A stretch of DNA of 64,000 nucleotides from an uncultured Acidobacteriota bacterium. Its GTDB lineage: Bacteria > Acidobacteriota > Vicinamibacteria > Fen-336. Position 1 is the stretch's first letter, and each line of letters starts with the position of its first letter. A program made the translations under genes and the position numbers. This document shows, piece after piece, positions 42,251 through 53,173 of this stretch. Where the stretch lies: the NCBI GenBank assembly GCA_963720545.1, contig OY970399.1:448001-512000 (forward strand), written 5' to 3'. The notes under the pieces were generated by a model, which saw only the letters and a program-made list of their open reading frames with translations, was not told the origin of the DNA and did no database searches.

Positions 42251-42655
42251 TTGGCGACTGCCACACGCGTCGAGTTCTACGGTACGGGAAAGCGCAAGAC
42301 CGCCATCGCGCGCGTGTTCCTGCGGCCCGGTTCGGGCAATTTCACCATCAACGACCGCACCATCGACCAGTACTTCGGCGGCCATGAGTCGCTGAAGAAC
42401 GTGGCGCGCCAGCCGTTCGCCACCAGCGAGCTCGTGGACCGCTACGATGTCGTCGCGTTGCTACGCGGCGGCGGCGTCAACGCCCAGGCCGAAGCGCTGC
42501 GCCACGGCATCTCGCGAGCGCTGGTTCTGTCGGACGTCGAGCTGCGGCCGGCCCTCAAGAAGGCCGGTCTCCTCACCCGCGACGCGCGCATCAAGGAGCG
42601 CAAGAAGTACGGACAGAAGGGCGCACGCCGCCGCTTCCAGTTCAGCAAGCGCTAG
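42251..42655 (+). CDS. rpsI: 30S ribosomal protein S9
   Basis: [34 protein letters not shown] start with AGGAG. Confidence 0.97.
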   Translation: MATATRVEFYGTGKRKTAIARVFLRPGSGNFTINDRTIDQYFGGHESLKNVARQPFATSELVDRYDVVALLRGGGVNAQAEALRHGISRALVLSDVELRPALKKAGLLTRDARIKERKKYGQKGARRRFQFSKR

Positions 42656-42807
42656 TCAGCGTTCCCCGGCACCCGTCGGCCGGGGAGTCGTAGTCGTCAG
42701 CCGCTAATTCGAGCCGCTCCCGGGAGGACCGGACGGGCCGCCGGGACGGCCGTGAAGCCCCAGGCATTTCGCCGCGGGCTGTGATCGTTCAAAGGAAGAG
42801 AGACGTC

Positions 42808-43677
<870 letters not shown>

Positions 43678-43730
43678 AACGCTTCGGCTCCGGCTACTCA
43701 AAACCGCTTCAGGAATTCACAGGGAAGACC

Positions 43731-44339
43731 ATGACAATCACTGCAGAGATGGTGCGCAGCCTGCGCGAGGAAACCGGCGCGGGCATGATGGAATGCAAGT
43801 CGGCGCTGGTCGAAGCCACCGGCGACGTGGCGGCCGCCCGCGACATCCTTCGCAAGAAGGGCCTGGCGAACGCCGCCAAGAAGGCCGGGCGCGCGGCGAG
43901 CGACGGCGCCATCGGCTCGTACATCCACCCCGGCGCGCGCGTCGGCGTGCTGGTCGAGGTCAACTGCGAAACCGACTTCGTCGCCAAGACCGCCGACTTC
44001 CAGGCGCTGGTCAAGGACATCGCCATGCACATCGCGGCCGCCTCCCCCGCTGCCGCGGTCTACGTGCGCAAGGAAGACGTGCCCGCCGACGTGCTCGAGA
44101 AGGAAAAGGAAATCTACAAGGCGCAGGCGGCGGCCGCCGGCAAGCCCGCGAACGTCCAGGACAAGATCGCCGAGGGCAAGCTGAAGGAGTACTACGCGAG
44201 CTATTGCCTGCTCGAGCAGCCCTTCGTCAAGGAGCCGGGCAAGACCGTGGGCCAGCTGGTCCAGGAGAAGATCGCGATCATCAAGGAGAACATCGTGGTG
44301 CGCCGCTTCGCCCGCTTCAAGCTCGGGGAATCCGCCTAA
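43731..44339 (+). CDS. tsf: Elongation factor Ts (short form)
   Basis: LREETGAGMMECK, EVNCETDFVA, LLEQPFVK. Confidence 0.96.
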   Translation: MTITAEMVRSLREETGAGMMECKSALVEATGDVAAARDILRKKGLANAAKKAGRAASDGAIGSYIHPGARVGVLVEVNCETDFVAKTADFQALVKDIAMHIAAASPAAAVYVRKEDVPADVLEKEKEIYKAQAAAAGKPANVQDKIAEGKLKEYYASYCLLEQPFVKEPGKTVGQLVQEKIAIIKENIVVRRFARFKLGESA

Positions 44340-44381
44340 CCGACCCGTTAAAGCGCGGGATTGTTTAGACTCTCGCGCAGC

Positions 44382-45122
44382 ATGCCCGCCTCGAAGTCTG
44401 CCAAGAAGCAGCCGGTCTTCGGCCGCATCCTCCTGAAACTGTCGGGCGAGGCGCTCCTCGGCGACAAGGAATTCGGCATCGACCGCAAGGTCACCGACTA
44501 CCTGGCCGCCGAGATCGAGGAGGTCCACGGCCTGGGGGTCGAGGTGGCGGCGGTGGTGGGCGGCGGCAACATCTTCCGCGGCGTCTCCGATCGCGCCACC
44601 GGCATGGACCGCGTCTCCGCCGACCACATGGGCATGCTGGCGACCATCATCAATGGCCTTGCCCTGCAGGACGCGCTGGAGCGCGCCGGCATCTCCACGC
44701 GCGTGCTGTCCGCGCTCGAGATCCGCGAGGTGGCCGAGCCGTTCATCAGGCGCCGCGCCATCCGCCACCTCGAGAAGAAGCGCGTCGTGATCCTCGCCGC
44801 CGGCACCGGCAACCCGTACTTCTCAACCGACACCGCCGCGGCGCTGCGCGCCATGGAACTGAAGGCGGAGATCATCCTCAAGGGCACCAAGGTGGACGGC
44901 ATCTACGACCGCGATCCCGTCAAGCACCCCGACGCCACCCGCTTCGGCGAGATCTCCTACTTCGACGTGCTGCAGAAGGGCCTGCGGGTGATGGACACCA
45001 CCGCGATCTCGCTGTGCATGGAGAACTCGATCCCGATCATCGTCTACAACATGCGCAAGCCGGGCAACCTGCGCCGCCTCGTGATGGGTGAGAAGCTCGG
45101 CACAATCGTGAAGGAGAAGTAA
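44382..45122 (+). CDS. pyrH: UMP kinase
   Basis: [33 protein letters not shown]. Confidence 0.97.
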   Translation: MPASKSAKKQPVFGRILLKLSGEALLGDKEFGIDRKVTDYLAAEIEEVHGLGVEVAAVVGGGNIFRGVSDRATGMDRVSADHMGMLATIINGLALQDALERAGISTRVLSALEIREVAEPFIRRRAIRHLEKKRVVILAAGTGNPYFSTDTAAALRAMELKAEIILKGTKVDGIYDRDPVKHPDATRFGEISYFDVLQKGLRVMDTTAISLCMENSIPIIVYNMRKPGNLRRLVMGEKLGTIVKEK

Positions 45123-45129
45123 CACCGCC

Positions 45130-45690
45130 ATGTCCGCCCAGACACTGATCGCCGATGCCAAAACCCGCATGAGCGCCACGCTCGACACCGTGCGGCGCGA
45201 GCTCACGTCGATGCGCACCGGCCGCGCCTCGATCGCGATGCTCGACGGGATCAAGGTCGACTACTACGGCACCATGACGCCGCTCAACCAGGTGGGCAAC
45301 CTCCAGGTTCCCGAGGCGTCGCTGATCGTGGTGACGCCGTGGGAGCCGCAGATGGTGCAGGCCATCGAGCGCGCGCTGCGCACCTCGGACCTCGACCTCA
45401 ACCCGCAGTCGGACGGCAAGATGCTGCGCATCCCCATCCCGCCGCTCACCGAGGAGCGCCGCAAGCTGCTGGTGAAGAACGCGCACAAGCACGCCGAGGA
45501 GGGCCGGGTTGCCATCCGCAACGTCCGCCGCGACGTCAACGACCACCTGAAGAGGATGCTGAAGGACCACGAGATCAGCGAAGACGACGAGAAACACGCG
45601 CTCGCCGAGGTCCAGAAGCTGACCGACGGCACCATCAAGACGATTGATGAAGTGCTGGCGAAGAAGGAAGCCGAGATCATGGAGGTGTAG
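45130..45690 (+). CDS. frr: Ribosome recycling factor
   Basis: RTGRAS, VDYYG, PPLTEERR, RVAIRNVRRD, KEAEIM. Confidence 0.97.
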   Translation: MSAQTLIADAKTRMSATLDTVRRELTSMRTGRASIAMLDGIKVDYYGTMTPLNQVGNLQVPEASLIVVTPWEPQMVQAIERALRTSDLDLNPQSDGKMLRIPIPPLTEERRKLLVKNAHKHAEEGRVAIRNVRRDVNDHLKRMLKDHEISEDDEKHALAEVQKLTDGTIKTIDEVLAKKEAEIMEV

Positions 45691-45694
45691 GGCC

Positions 45695-46867
45695 ATGGCC
45701 CTCACGCACCTCGAGTGCGGCCGTTGCCAGAAGCAGTACGACGCGACCCAGGTGCAGGCGCTTTGCGACTGCGGCGGGCCGCTCCTGGCCCGCTACGACC
45801 TCGACGCCGCCGCCCGCGACATGCGCCCCGGCCACCTGGAGCTGCGCGAGCGCACCATGTGGCGCTACCGCGAAGTGCTGCCGCTGAACGAACGCCACCA
45901 GGACCGCCTGTCGCTCGGTGAAGGCTTCACGCCGCTGCTCGGCGCGGCCAGGCTCGGCGCTGCCGTGGGCCTGCCCGGCCTGCTGATCAAGGACGAAGGC
46001 GGCAACCCCACGGGATCGTTCAAGGCGCGCGGTATGGCGATGGCGGTGTCGATGGCACGCGCGCTCGGCGCCACCACCGTATGCGCACCCTCGGCGGGCA
46101 ACGCCGGTAGCGCGCTCGCGGCCTATGCGGCGCGCGGCGGCATCGCGGCGAAGGTGTTCGTGCCGAAGGACATCCCGAGCCTGTTCGTGATGGAGACGAC
46201 CGCGTACGGCGCCGAGGTGGAGAAGGTGGACGGCCTCATCGACGCCGCCGGCAGGCGCTGCGCCGAAGAGGCGCGCCGCTTCGGCTGGTACGACTGCGCG
46301 ACGCTCAAGGAGCCGTACCGCATCGAAGGCAAGAAGACGATGGGCTACGAGATCGCCGAGCAGATGAAGTGGACGCTGCCCGATGCCATCCTCTACCCCA
46401 CCGGCGGCGGCACCGGCCTCATCGGCATGTGGAAGGCGTTCGCCGAGCTCGAGGCCATGGGCTTCATCGGCGCGAGCCGCCCGCGGATGTACGCGGTGCA
46501 GGCGGAGGGTTGCGCGCCGATGGTGAAGGCCTTCCAGGAAGGCAAGGACAGCGCCGAGCCGTGGCCCGACGCGCAGACGCTGGCGCACGGGCTGCGCGTG
46601 CCGCGCGCCATCGGCGACTTCCTCATCCTGCGCGCGCTGCGCGACAGCAAGGGCGGTGCGGTCGCCGTCTCCGAAACCGAGATCATCCAGGGCGTGAAGG
46701 ATGCGGCGCGCAGCGAAGGCCTCTTCATGTGCCCCGAGGGCGGCGCGTGCGTAGCCGCGGCGATGAAGCTCCGCGCCGCCGGCGCCCTGGCGCCGGAAGA
46801 CACCGTGGTCCTGTTCAACACCGGGACCGGCTACAAGTACGTCGAAAACCTGCAGCCGCTCTGGTGA
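45695..46867 (+). CDS. thrC: Threonine synthase-like PLP enzyme
   Basis: N-terminal Cys ribbon, SLGEGFTPL, NPTGSFKARG, SAGNAG, EGKKTMG, PTGGG. Confidence 0.85.
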   Translation: MALTHLECGRCQKQYDATQVQALCDCGGPLLARYDLDAAARDMRPGHLELRERTMWRYREVLPLNERHQDRLSLGEGFTPLLGAARLGAAVGLPGLLIKDEGGNPTGSFKARGMAMAVSMARALGATTVCAPSAGNAGSALAAYAARGGIAAKVFVPKDIPSLFVMETTAYGAEVEKVDGLIDAAGRRCAEEARRFGWYDCATLKEPYRIEGKKTMGYEIAEQMKWTLPDAILYPTGGGTGLIGMWKAFAELEAMGFIGASRPRMYAVQAEGCAPMVKAFQEGKDSAEPWPDAQTLAHGLRVPRAIGDFLILRALRDSKGGAVAVSETEIIQGVKDAARSEGLFMCPEGGACVAAAMKLRAAGALAPEDTVVLFNTGTGYKYVENLQPLW

Positions 46868-48036
46868 GCGTCCGCCTCTACCTCGACGATCCCGACCTTC
46901 TCGAGTTCGACGCAACCGTCGTCGACCGGCGGCTGGTCGCTGGCGAGCACGCCGTGGTCCTCGACCGCACCGCTTTCTATCCGGAGGGCGGCGGCCAGCC
47001 CTGGGACACCGGTTCGCTGGGCGGCGCCACGGTGCGCAAGGTCGTGTACGACGGCGACGCCGTGCTGCACTTTGTCGATCGGGAGCTGGCCGAGACGCAG
47101 GTCCGCGGCCGGGTTGACGCCGCGCGGCGCCGCGACCACATGCAGCAGCACCACGGCCAGCACCTGCTCTCGCGCGCCGTCCTCGAGGTTGCCAGCGGCA
47201 GGACCACCAGCTTCCACCTGGGGGCGAGCGATTCGTCGATCGACATCGACAAGGAGTTGAGCCCGCAGCAGGTAGCCGCCGCCGAGTCCCGCGTCAACGA
47301 CGTCATCTGGGAGAACCGCCCCGTCAGCGTGCGCACCGTGACGCGCGCGCAAGCCGAGGCCATCGGCGTGCAGGCGGCTGCCGAAGCCGGCGATGCGATC
47401 CGGCTGGTGGAAGCCGAGGGCTTCGACCTGCAGCCCTGCGGCGGCACGCACCCGCGATCGACTGCCGCGGTGGGCGTGGTCCTCATCACCGGCCAGGAGC
47501 GCTACAAGAGCGGCTCGCGGGTGCACTTCGTCTGCGGCGTGCGCGCCCTCGAGGTGTCACGCCAGCGACGCGACACGCTCGCGCGCATCGGCAACGCGCT
47601 GTCGGCGCCGCCGGAGGAAGCCGCCACGGCCGTGGAGCGAGCGGTAGGGCGCATGGCCGATGCCGAGAAGGCGCAGCAGGCCCTCATGAACCGCCTCATC
47701 GAACTGGAGGCCGAACGCCTGCGCGCCGCCGCCGACGGAGTCGTGCGCGCGCGTCTCGATGGCTGGGCGATCGCCGACCTCCGCTCGCTCGCGCAGCTGC
47801 TGCTCGGTGGCGGTGCAACGCTCGTGGTCCTTGGCGGAGTACGCGACCAGGCGGCCAACATCCTCATGGGAACCAGCCGCGAAGGCGCCGATCTCAGGCC
47901 GTCGCTGGCGGCGGCGTTGCCGCACATTGGCGGCAAGGGCGGCGGCAAGCCAGGTCTCGTCCAGGGTAGCGGCCCGAATGCCAACGGCCTCGATGCGGCC
48001 CTCAGTGCCGCTGTCGCCAGCCTGCCGCATTCCTGA
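46864..48036 (+). CDS. AlaX-type aminoacyl-tRNA editing protein with DHHA1 domain
   Basis: LDRTAFYPEGGGQP, MQQHHGQHLLS, CGGTH, GGKGGG. Confidence 0.9.
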   Translation: MSVRLYLDDPDLLEFDATVVDRRLVAGEHAVVLDRTAFYPEGGGQPWDTGSLGGATVRKVVYDGDAVLHFVDRELAETQVRGRVDAARRRDHMQQHHGQHLLSRAVLEVASGRTTSFHLGASDSSIDIDKELSPQQVAAAESRVNDVIWENRPVSVRTVTRAQAEAIGVQAAAEAGDAIRLVEAEGFDLQPCGGTHPRSTAAVGVVLITGQERYKSGSRVHFVCGVRALEVSRQRRDTLARIGNALSAPPEEAATAVERAVGRMADAEKAQQALMNRLIELEAERLRAAADGVVRARLDGWAIADLRSLAQLLLGGGATLVVLGGVRDQAANILMGTSREGADLRPSLAAALPHIGGKGGGKPGLVQGSGPNANGLDAALSAAVASLPHS

Positions 48037-48137
48037 CCCGTCGCTGTCGTTTCGTCTTTTCCGCTGTCTAACAGTCACAGTGCTGCTAGATGACAGCAAA
48101 ACACTTCTGCTCCCTGCCGGCGACGCAAGCTGACAAG

Positions 48138-48202
48138 ATTTCCGCACGACGTCCACAGCGGATCCACAGGTTTTCCACGAGTGATCCGCAGAACTCTGCA
48201 CA
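48138..48202 (+). repeat. Phased array of six DnaA-box-like 9-mers
   Basis: ATTTCCGCA, ACGTCCACA, GGATCCACA, TTTTCCACG, TGATCCGCA, CTCTGCACA at spacing 11,11,11,11,12. Confidence 0.65.
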
Positions 48203-48211
48203 GCGTCGATG

Positions 48212-49267
48212 TCACGGTGCGGGCGCCATCGGCACCGGTAGCACAGCGAGGGCCGAGAGCGCGCCGACGAGCACAATGTACTGCACCAGGGTGGTCCGTT
48301 CGCCGGCGGCGGGTGCGGTGCGGCGCCAGGCCTCGAAGGCGGTCACCGCCGCGAGGATGATGAGCAGCCCTTCGCCTGTAGCGAACCACGCTGCGGCGAG
48401 CGCGGCCGCGGCCAGCCAGCGCTGCAGGCGACTGAGCGCGATGAACGCTCGCGAACCGTCGAGCTGCCACACCGGCAAGAGGTTGAAGAGGTTGATCCAG
48501 GCGCCCCAGCGTGCAATGGCGGCCAGGATCGGCGCGCCCGTCGCTGCGTGCAACAGCCATGCGCCGATCGCCGCGGCCAGTCCCCACATCGGTCCGGCGA
48601 GCCCGACCCGCGCGTTCTCGGCCGGGTTTGCCAGCTGTTGCCGGATGCGGACAAGCGCGCCAAACCCCGGTATGAACATCGGCGCGGAACCGCGGATGCC
48701 GAACCGACGGAGCGCGTCCACGTGGCCCATCTCGTGGATGTAGATGGAAACGATGAGGCCAAGGGCAAGTTTCCAGCCGAAGGCCGCCCAGTAGACGCCG
48801 AGCGAGAGCAGCATCGAACCCATCGTCGCTGCGTTGCCAAACCCGAGCGCCAGAAACTTGCCGTTGGCGACCAGGAGACCGAGCACCGCCTTCAGCTTCC
48901 AGACTGCGAAGGAAACGGCGGCCACTAAGCCGCCGCCTTGCCAAAGCTTCGGCTGCGCGGGTGCGGCAGGGTCGGCCAGGGCGCCGACGCGCCGCGACAA
49001 CTCGTCGACCTTGGCCGCAACCGTCTGGTACTGGCGCGTGTCGGGAGGCAGGAAGTCGAGCGCCTCACGCCACGCGGCAAGTTCCGCACGGACATTCCCA
49101 TCGCCGGCGGCGAGCGCCGCGCTTGCCGCCAGTTCCTTGAGCTTCACCGCATGAACGAGCGCGTGGCACGCCGGGCAGCTACGGCGCGCGGCCGACACCT
49201 CGGTGCCGCATTGCGTGCAGCGTGTCGCGGCGAAGACGTCAGGAACGGCCGATGTCGTAGGGCCCAA
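48212..49267 (-). CDS. Site-2 protease (peptidase M50) with N-terminal zinc ribbon
   Basis: CTQC..CPAC; IHEMGH; FIPGFGA; LAGP; NLFNLLPVWQLDG; start uncertain. Confidence 0.88.
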   Translation of the reverse strand: MGPTTSAVPDVFAATRCTQCGTEVSAARRSCPACHALVHAVKLKELAASAALAAGDGNVRAELAAWREALDFLPPDTRQYQTVAAKVDELSRRVGALADPAAPAQPKLWQGGGLVAAVSFAVWKLKAVLGLLVANGKFLALGFGNAATMGSMLLSLGVYWAAFGWKLALGLIVSIYIHEMGHVDALRRFGIRGSAPMFIPGFGALVRIRQQLANPAENARVGLAGPMWGLAAAIGAWLLHAATGAPILAAIARWGAWINLFNLLPVWQLDGSRAFIALSRLQRWLAAAALAAAWFATGEGLLIILAAVTAFEAWRRTAPAAGERTTLVQYIVLVGALSALAVLPVPMAPAP

Positions 49268-50006
49268 GGACTTCGAACTGCGGCCGCCGGTTGATTTTCC
49301 ACGCCTGCCATAGGCCGATAGCGATGATCAGAATGCCGACGATGTTTTGGAAGCCGGCGAGGAAGGGCACGACCGCCGCGAACCCGAAAATGAACAGGAT
49401 CGCGAGCAGGGCATCTCGCACGGATACGGGGTCGTTCGCCGCTGCCCCTGGGGTGGCCGTGGCAGGAGCGTTTACGGGTTTCACGGCGGCTGCGGCCTTG
49501 CCATCGGCGCCGGCGGCCTCTTTTTGCGCTTGCTCCCGATACGAGGTGATGATCAGCGGGATGTAGGTCGAGACGATCGCCATGTAAGTGAGAAACACCG
49601 CAAGGCATTGGTAGGCAAGGCCGCCCCTGCCGCCCGCACCCCAGTGCACGCCCTTGCCGACCAGCCACCCCACCAGGATGGCGATGATCGCCAGCTCGTA
49701 GTTGGTAATTTTCAATACCGCGAAGTAGATACCGGCGCCGACAATCGCTCCGGCCACCCCGCCGGCAACCGACTTCAGGAAGCCGAGCGGCCCCGGTCGG
49801 ATGGCGAGGTCGGCTGCCGCCTGATCGCGGCAAGCAGCGCACAAGGACCTGCCATTGAGGTCGTAGTACTCCGTAGTGAGCGCCGCCTCGCAGCGCACGC
49901 ACCGCATTCCCACCGTTCCCTGCTCATGTTGGGGCTGCGAATGGTCGGCGCGGTCAAATTGCAGCTCCTCCCGCGCAGACGGCTCTGCGGTTGGCTCGTC
50001 GGCCAT
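49239..50006 (-). CDS. Hypothetical membrane protein with CxxC..CxxC
   Basis: AGGAGG SD; CVRC..CAAC followed by several TM segments. Confidence 0.75.
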   Translation of the reverse strand: MADEPTAEPSAREELQFDRADHSQPQHEQGTVGMRCVRCEAALTTEYYDLNGRSLCAACRDQAAADLAIRPGPLGFLKSVAGGVAGAIVGAGIYFAVLKITNYELAIIAILVGWLVGKGVHWGAGGRGGLAYQCLAVFLTYMAIVSTYIPLIITSYREQAQKEAAGADGKAAAAVKPVNAPATATPGAAANDPVSVRDALLAILFIFGFAAVVPFLAGFQNIVGILIIAIGLWQAWKINRRPQFEVLGPYDIGRS

Positions 50007-50085
50007 GGCGCCTCCTGATGCGGCCCAACGTTGCCACGTTTGCCGGATTTGCTCAAGACCGGCGGACGACGGTGGCGACGACCCG

Positions 50086-51757
50086 CTAGTACGGCAGCCT
50101 GCCGAGACCCGGTTCGCCAAGTCGATAAATGAACATCGAACCCGCTCGTGCGTCCGGCATCCGGTTCTGTAAGGCGCGGTAGCGCGGGTTGCCGGGCGGG
50201 TCGAAGAGGCCGACCAGCATGTTGGCGCTGACTGCGACGACGCCGTGCAGCTCGTTGGTGCCGTTCGAGCTGTAGAGATGCGCCCCCGGCAGGTCGTCGT
50301 GCATGAAGCCGTAGCGGTCAGGGTCGTCGCAGCCGTGGTAGGCGAGCGACACACGCTCGACGCGTTCCTTCTTGAGCCAGGCGCTGAGGCGCGGCAGGTC
50401 CTGGCCCCAGTCGAGGTTCGAGTCGATGAGCACGCGGTGCCCCTCGAGCCGGCCGCCCGCAACCCGGTTGAAGAACGTGAGGTAGCCGTTCGGCGCTGCG
50501 AACAGCGCGGCTGCCGCCTGCGCAGCGACGAGCGCTCCGATCATCAGCTTGCCGCGCGGCCGCTCGACTACTTTCACCAGGCCCGCGGCAGCGAGCAGCG
50601 CGAGATATGGGTAGACCGCGAGCACGTAGCGCTCGCCGATCTGGATGCGGCCCATCGACATCGCGCCGAGCAAAATGACGATGGGCAGTCCCCAGTGGCG
50701 CAGCGGCACCGACGGGCTTCGATACCAGACGAGCAGACCGAGCGCCGACAGCGCACAGTGCCAGGAATGCGAGCGGGCTCTTCGCGAGCAGCGCCACCAG
50801 GTAGTAGTGCGGCCAGCCTTCCGTGGACAGCTCGCCGAGCAGGAACGTCTGGTGGCCGGAGGCGTTGTGCTCGAGGATGAAGCGCGCGCCTTCGAGATAG
50901 GCCTCCGGCAGCAGGCGATGTGCCTCGAAACAGCCGACGAGCCGGCCGGCGGCGCCGAGGTGCGCGCCAATCGGCTGGGCGACGCTGGCACCGGGCCACG
51001 GCGCGTAGCGAAAGCCGTACAGGCCCCAGACGATGAAGGGAGCGACCGCCGCCGCCGCGAGCACCAGCAGGAGCGCCGGCTTCAACCCGGGCCGCTTGAT
51101 GTGCCCGCGACCGGCCTGCGCCGCCCACAGGACGGCGAACACGATCACCTGCAGCACCATCGTGAGCCGTGCGCCGAGGCCAAATCCAAGGCTCGCCGCA
51201 ACCGCAAGCGCCCACAACACGCTCGGATCCCTGAGCCATCGCCAGAAAACCCACGACGTCAGCACCATGAAGAACGCGGCGGGCACGTCGGTGGTCACGA
51301 GGTGGCCGTGCGCGAGCAAGGACGGATGGAAAACCAGCAGGCTCGCGGCAATGACGGCGCCTTTCGGGCCGAGCACCTCGCCTGCCCAGAGCGCCACGAG
51401 CCCGACGAGCAGCACCGCCCAGGCGAAGTGCCAGGTGCGCGCGCGCAGCAACACCGGCAGGTGCACGTTGTCCACGTGCAGGAACTGGAACGCGGAGCGC
51501 CACTCGTCCTCGGGCGTTGCGGGCGGGGGGTCGATGCGCAGGGGCATGCCGAGGAAGCCCATGGCCGCCCATTGCTTCGCGAGCGGTGGCTGCTCCGGGT
51601 TCAGGCGGAAGTCGCCGTCGTACAGATGCCGATAGCCCGCATGGACGTAGACGAGCTCGTCGATCGTGACGCCGTCCGTCGCCGCGCCGTATCGCAGCTG
51701 CGCCATCAGAGCCAGGAGCAGAACGCCGAGGACCGCAAACGCCGTTCGCCGCTCCAC
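50086..51757 (-). pseudogene. GT39/PMT-like membrane glycosyltransferase, frameshift near 50750
   Basis: TIDE..G..DFRLNPEQPPLAK, HGHLVTTD, GWPHYY..KSP in one frame; IGERY, DSNLDWGQDL in next frame. Confidence 0.85.
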
Positions 51758-51825
51758 AGCCCTACACAGCCTTTCCGCAGGCTATCGACAGGCTCTTCAA
51801 CAGCTTTCCAACAGCTTCTTCCACA
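51750..51825 (+). repeat. Second phased array of seven DnaA-box-like 9-mers
   Basis: CGCTCCACA, CCCTACACA, CTTTCCGCA, CTATCGACA, TCTTCAACA, TTTCCAACA, TCTTCCACA, each followed by G, spacing 10-12. Confidence 0.6.
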
Positions 51826-51830
51826 GCCCT

Positions 51831-52985
51831 CTAGACCCGGACGAGCGGATCGAACAGCTTGCGGTGCTCGTCCTGCGCGAAACGGTCGGTCATGCCGGCG
51901 ATGTAGTCGCAGACCGCGCGGTGCAGGCCGTCCACGGCGATCCGAGCCTGGTAGTGCGGCGGCAGTTGCGCCGGTTCGCCGACGAACGATGCGAACAGGT
52001 CGCGCAGGATGCGTCCCGCCTTGTCGCCCATCCGCACGACGCGGAAATTGCGGTAGAGGTTGTCGTACAGGTACGCCTTCAGTTCCTTGACGTGCGCCGC
52101 CATCTCGGGGGAATAGCCGACGAGCCGCTTGCCCGCCGCCCGCACGTCCGCGACCGATGCCACGCGCTCACGCTCAATGTTGGCAAGGGTCGTGTGCAAC
52201 AGGTCTTCGGTGCAGCGGTTGATGATAGAACGCACGATCTGGTGGCGCTCGATGCGCTCGTCCGTGATGCGCAGTACCGCGATCTTCGTGTGCGCATCGC
52301 GAAACAGGGCGACGCTCATCAACCCGGCGGCGTCGATCATGCCGGACGCGATGCCGTCGTCGATGTCGTGGTTGTTGTAGGCGATCTCGTCCACGAAGTC
52401 GCCGAGCTGCGCCTCGAGCGTGGGGCTTTCCCCCGGCGCGTATTCGCTCGGCGCGGTGGCGTCGGCATCGGGACGGTGTTTGATCATGCCCTCGCGCACT
52501 TCCCAGGTGAGGTTGAGGCCGGGAAAGTCGGGATAGCGGCTCTCGAGCACCTCGAGGATGCGCAGCGTCTGGTGGTTGTGCTCGAAGCCGCCGTGGTCCT
52601 TCATCAGGTCGTCCATCGCCCGCTCGCCGGCGTGGCCAAACGGCGTGTGCCCAAGGTCGTGGCCAAGCACCAGGCACTCGGTGAGCTCTTCGTTCAGTCC
52701 CAGCGCCCGCGCCACGGTGCGGCCGATCTGCGCGCCCTCGAGCGAATGCGTCAGGCGCGTGCGGTAGTTGTCGCCCTCATGGTTGACGAACACCTGGGTC
52801 TTGTACTCGAGGCGCCGGAAAGAGGAGCTGTGGATGACCCGGTCGCGGTCCCGCTGAAAGCGGCTGCGCAGGGGATGCTCGTCCTCGGGATAGCGCCGGC
52901 CGCGGCTCTGCGCGCTGCGCATGGCGTAAGGAGCAAGCTCACGATTCTCGGCTTCTTCGACAGCCTTGCGATCCCAAAGCGGCAT
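51831..52985 (-). CDS. dgt: dGTP triphosphohydrolase (HD domain)
   Basis: FQRDRDRVIHS..FRRLEYKTQV, RTRLTHSLE, HDLGHTPFGHAGE, DYIAGMTD. Confidence 0.95.
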   Translation of the reverse strand: MPLWDRKAVEEAENRELAPYAMRSAQSRGRRYPEDEHPLRSRFQRDRDRVIHSSSFRRLEYKTQVFVNHEGDNYRTRLTHSLEGAQIGRTVARALGLNEELTECLVLGHDLGHTPFGHAGERAMDDLMKDHGGFEHNHQTLRILEVLESRYPDFPGLNLTWEVREGMIKHRPDADATAPSEYAPGESPTLEAQLGDFVDEIAYNNHDIDDGIASGMIDAAGLMSVALFRDAHTKIAVLRITDERIERHQIVRSIINRCTEDLLHTTLANIERERVASVADVRAAGKRLVGYSPEMAAHVKELKAYLYDNLYRNFRVVRMGDKAGRILRDLFASFVGEPAQLPPHYQARIAVDGLHRAVCDYIAGMTDRFAQDEHRKLFDPLVRV

Positions 52986-53133
52986 GCAGTAACTTACCGT
53001 GTTCCCGAGAGGTTCCGTCGCTTGCGCTGACCCCGAGGGATCTCGATGTAAGACGCGACTGCGTCCAGACGCAGTCCATCACATCTGTTGCGGCTCGGGG
53101 AAACGGCGAGCGTTCAGGGGGCGGCTGCCTTGG

Positions 53134-53173
53134 TTGGTGGACCGCGGGGGGATCGAACCCCCGACCTCGTGAT
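53134..53173 (-). repeat. att direct repeat: 40-bp copy of tRNA-Ala 3' half
   Basis: TTGGTGGACCGCGGGGGGATCGAACCCCCGACCTCGTGAT identical to 56883-56922. Confidence 0.93.

Noticed and set aside
43731..44339. Apparently truncated EF-Ts
   Set aside because: ~200-aa EF-Ts is a known natural form
48090..48743. 217-aa plus-strand ORF across the first array
   Set aside because: Antisense to the M50 protease with no protein-like features
48138..51825. CRISPR array or definite oriC call for the phased repeats
   Set aside because: Units are ~11 bp without spacers or cas genes; no perfect TTATCCACA, clear unwinding element or dnaA in view
53134..53173. Second tRNA gene
   Set aside because: Only the 3' half; no D arm or anticodon loop, so an att duplicate
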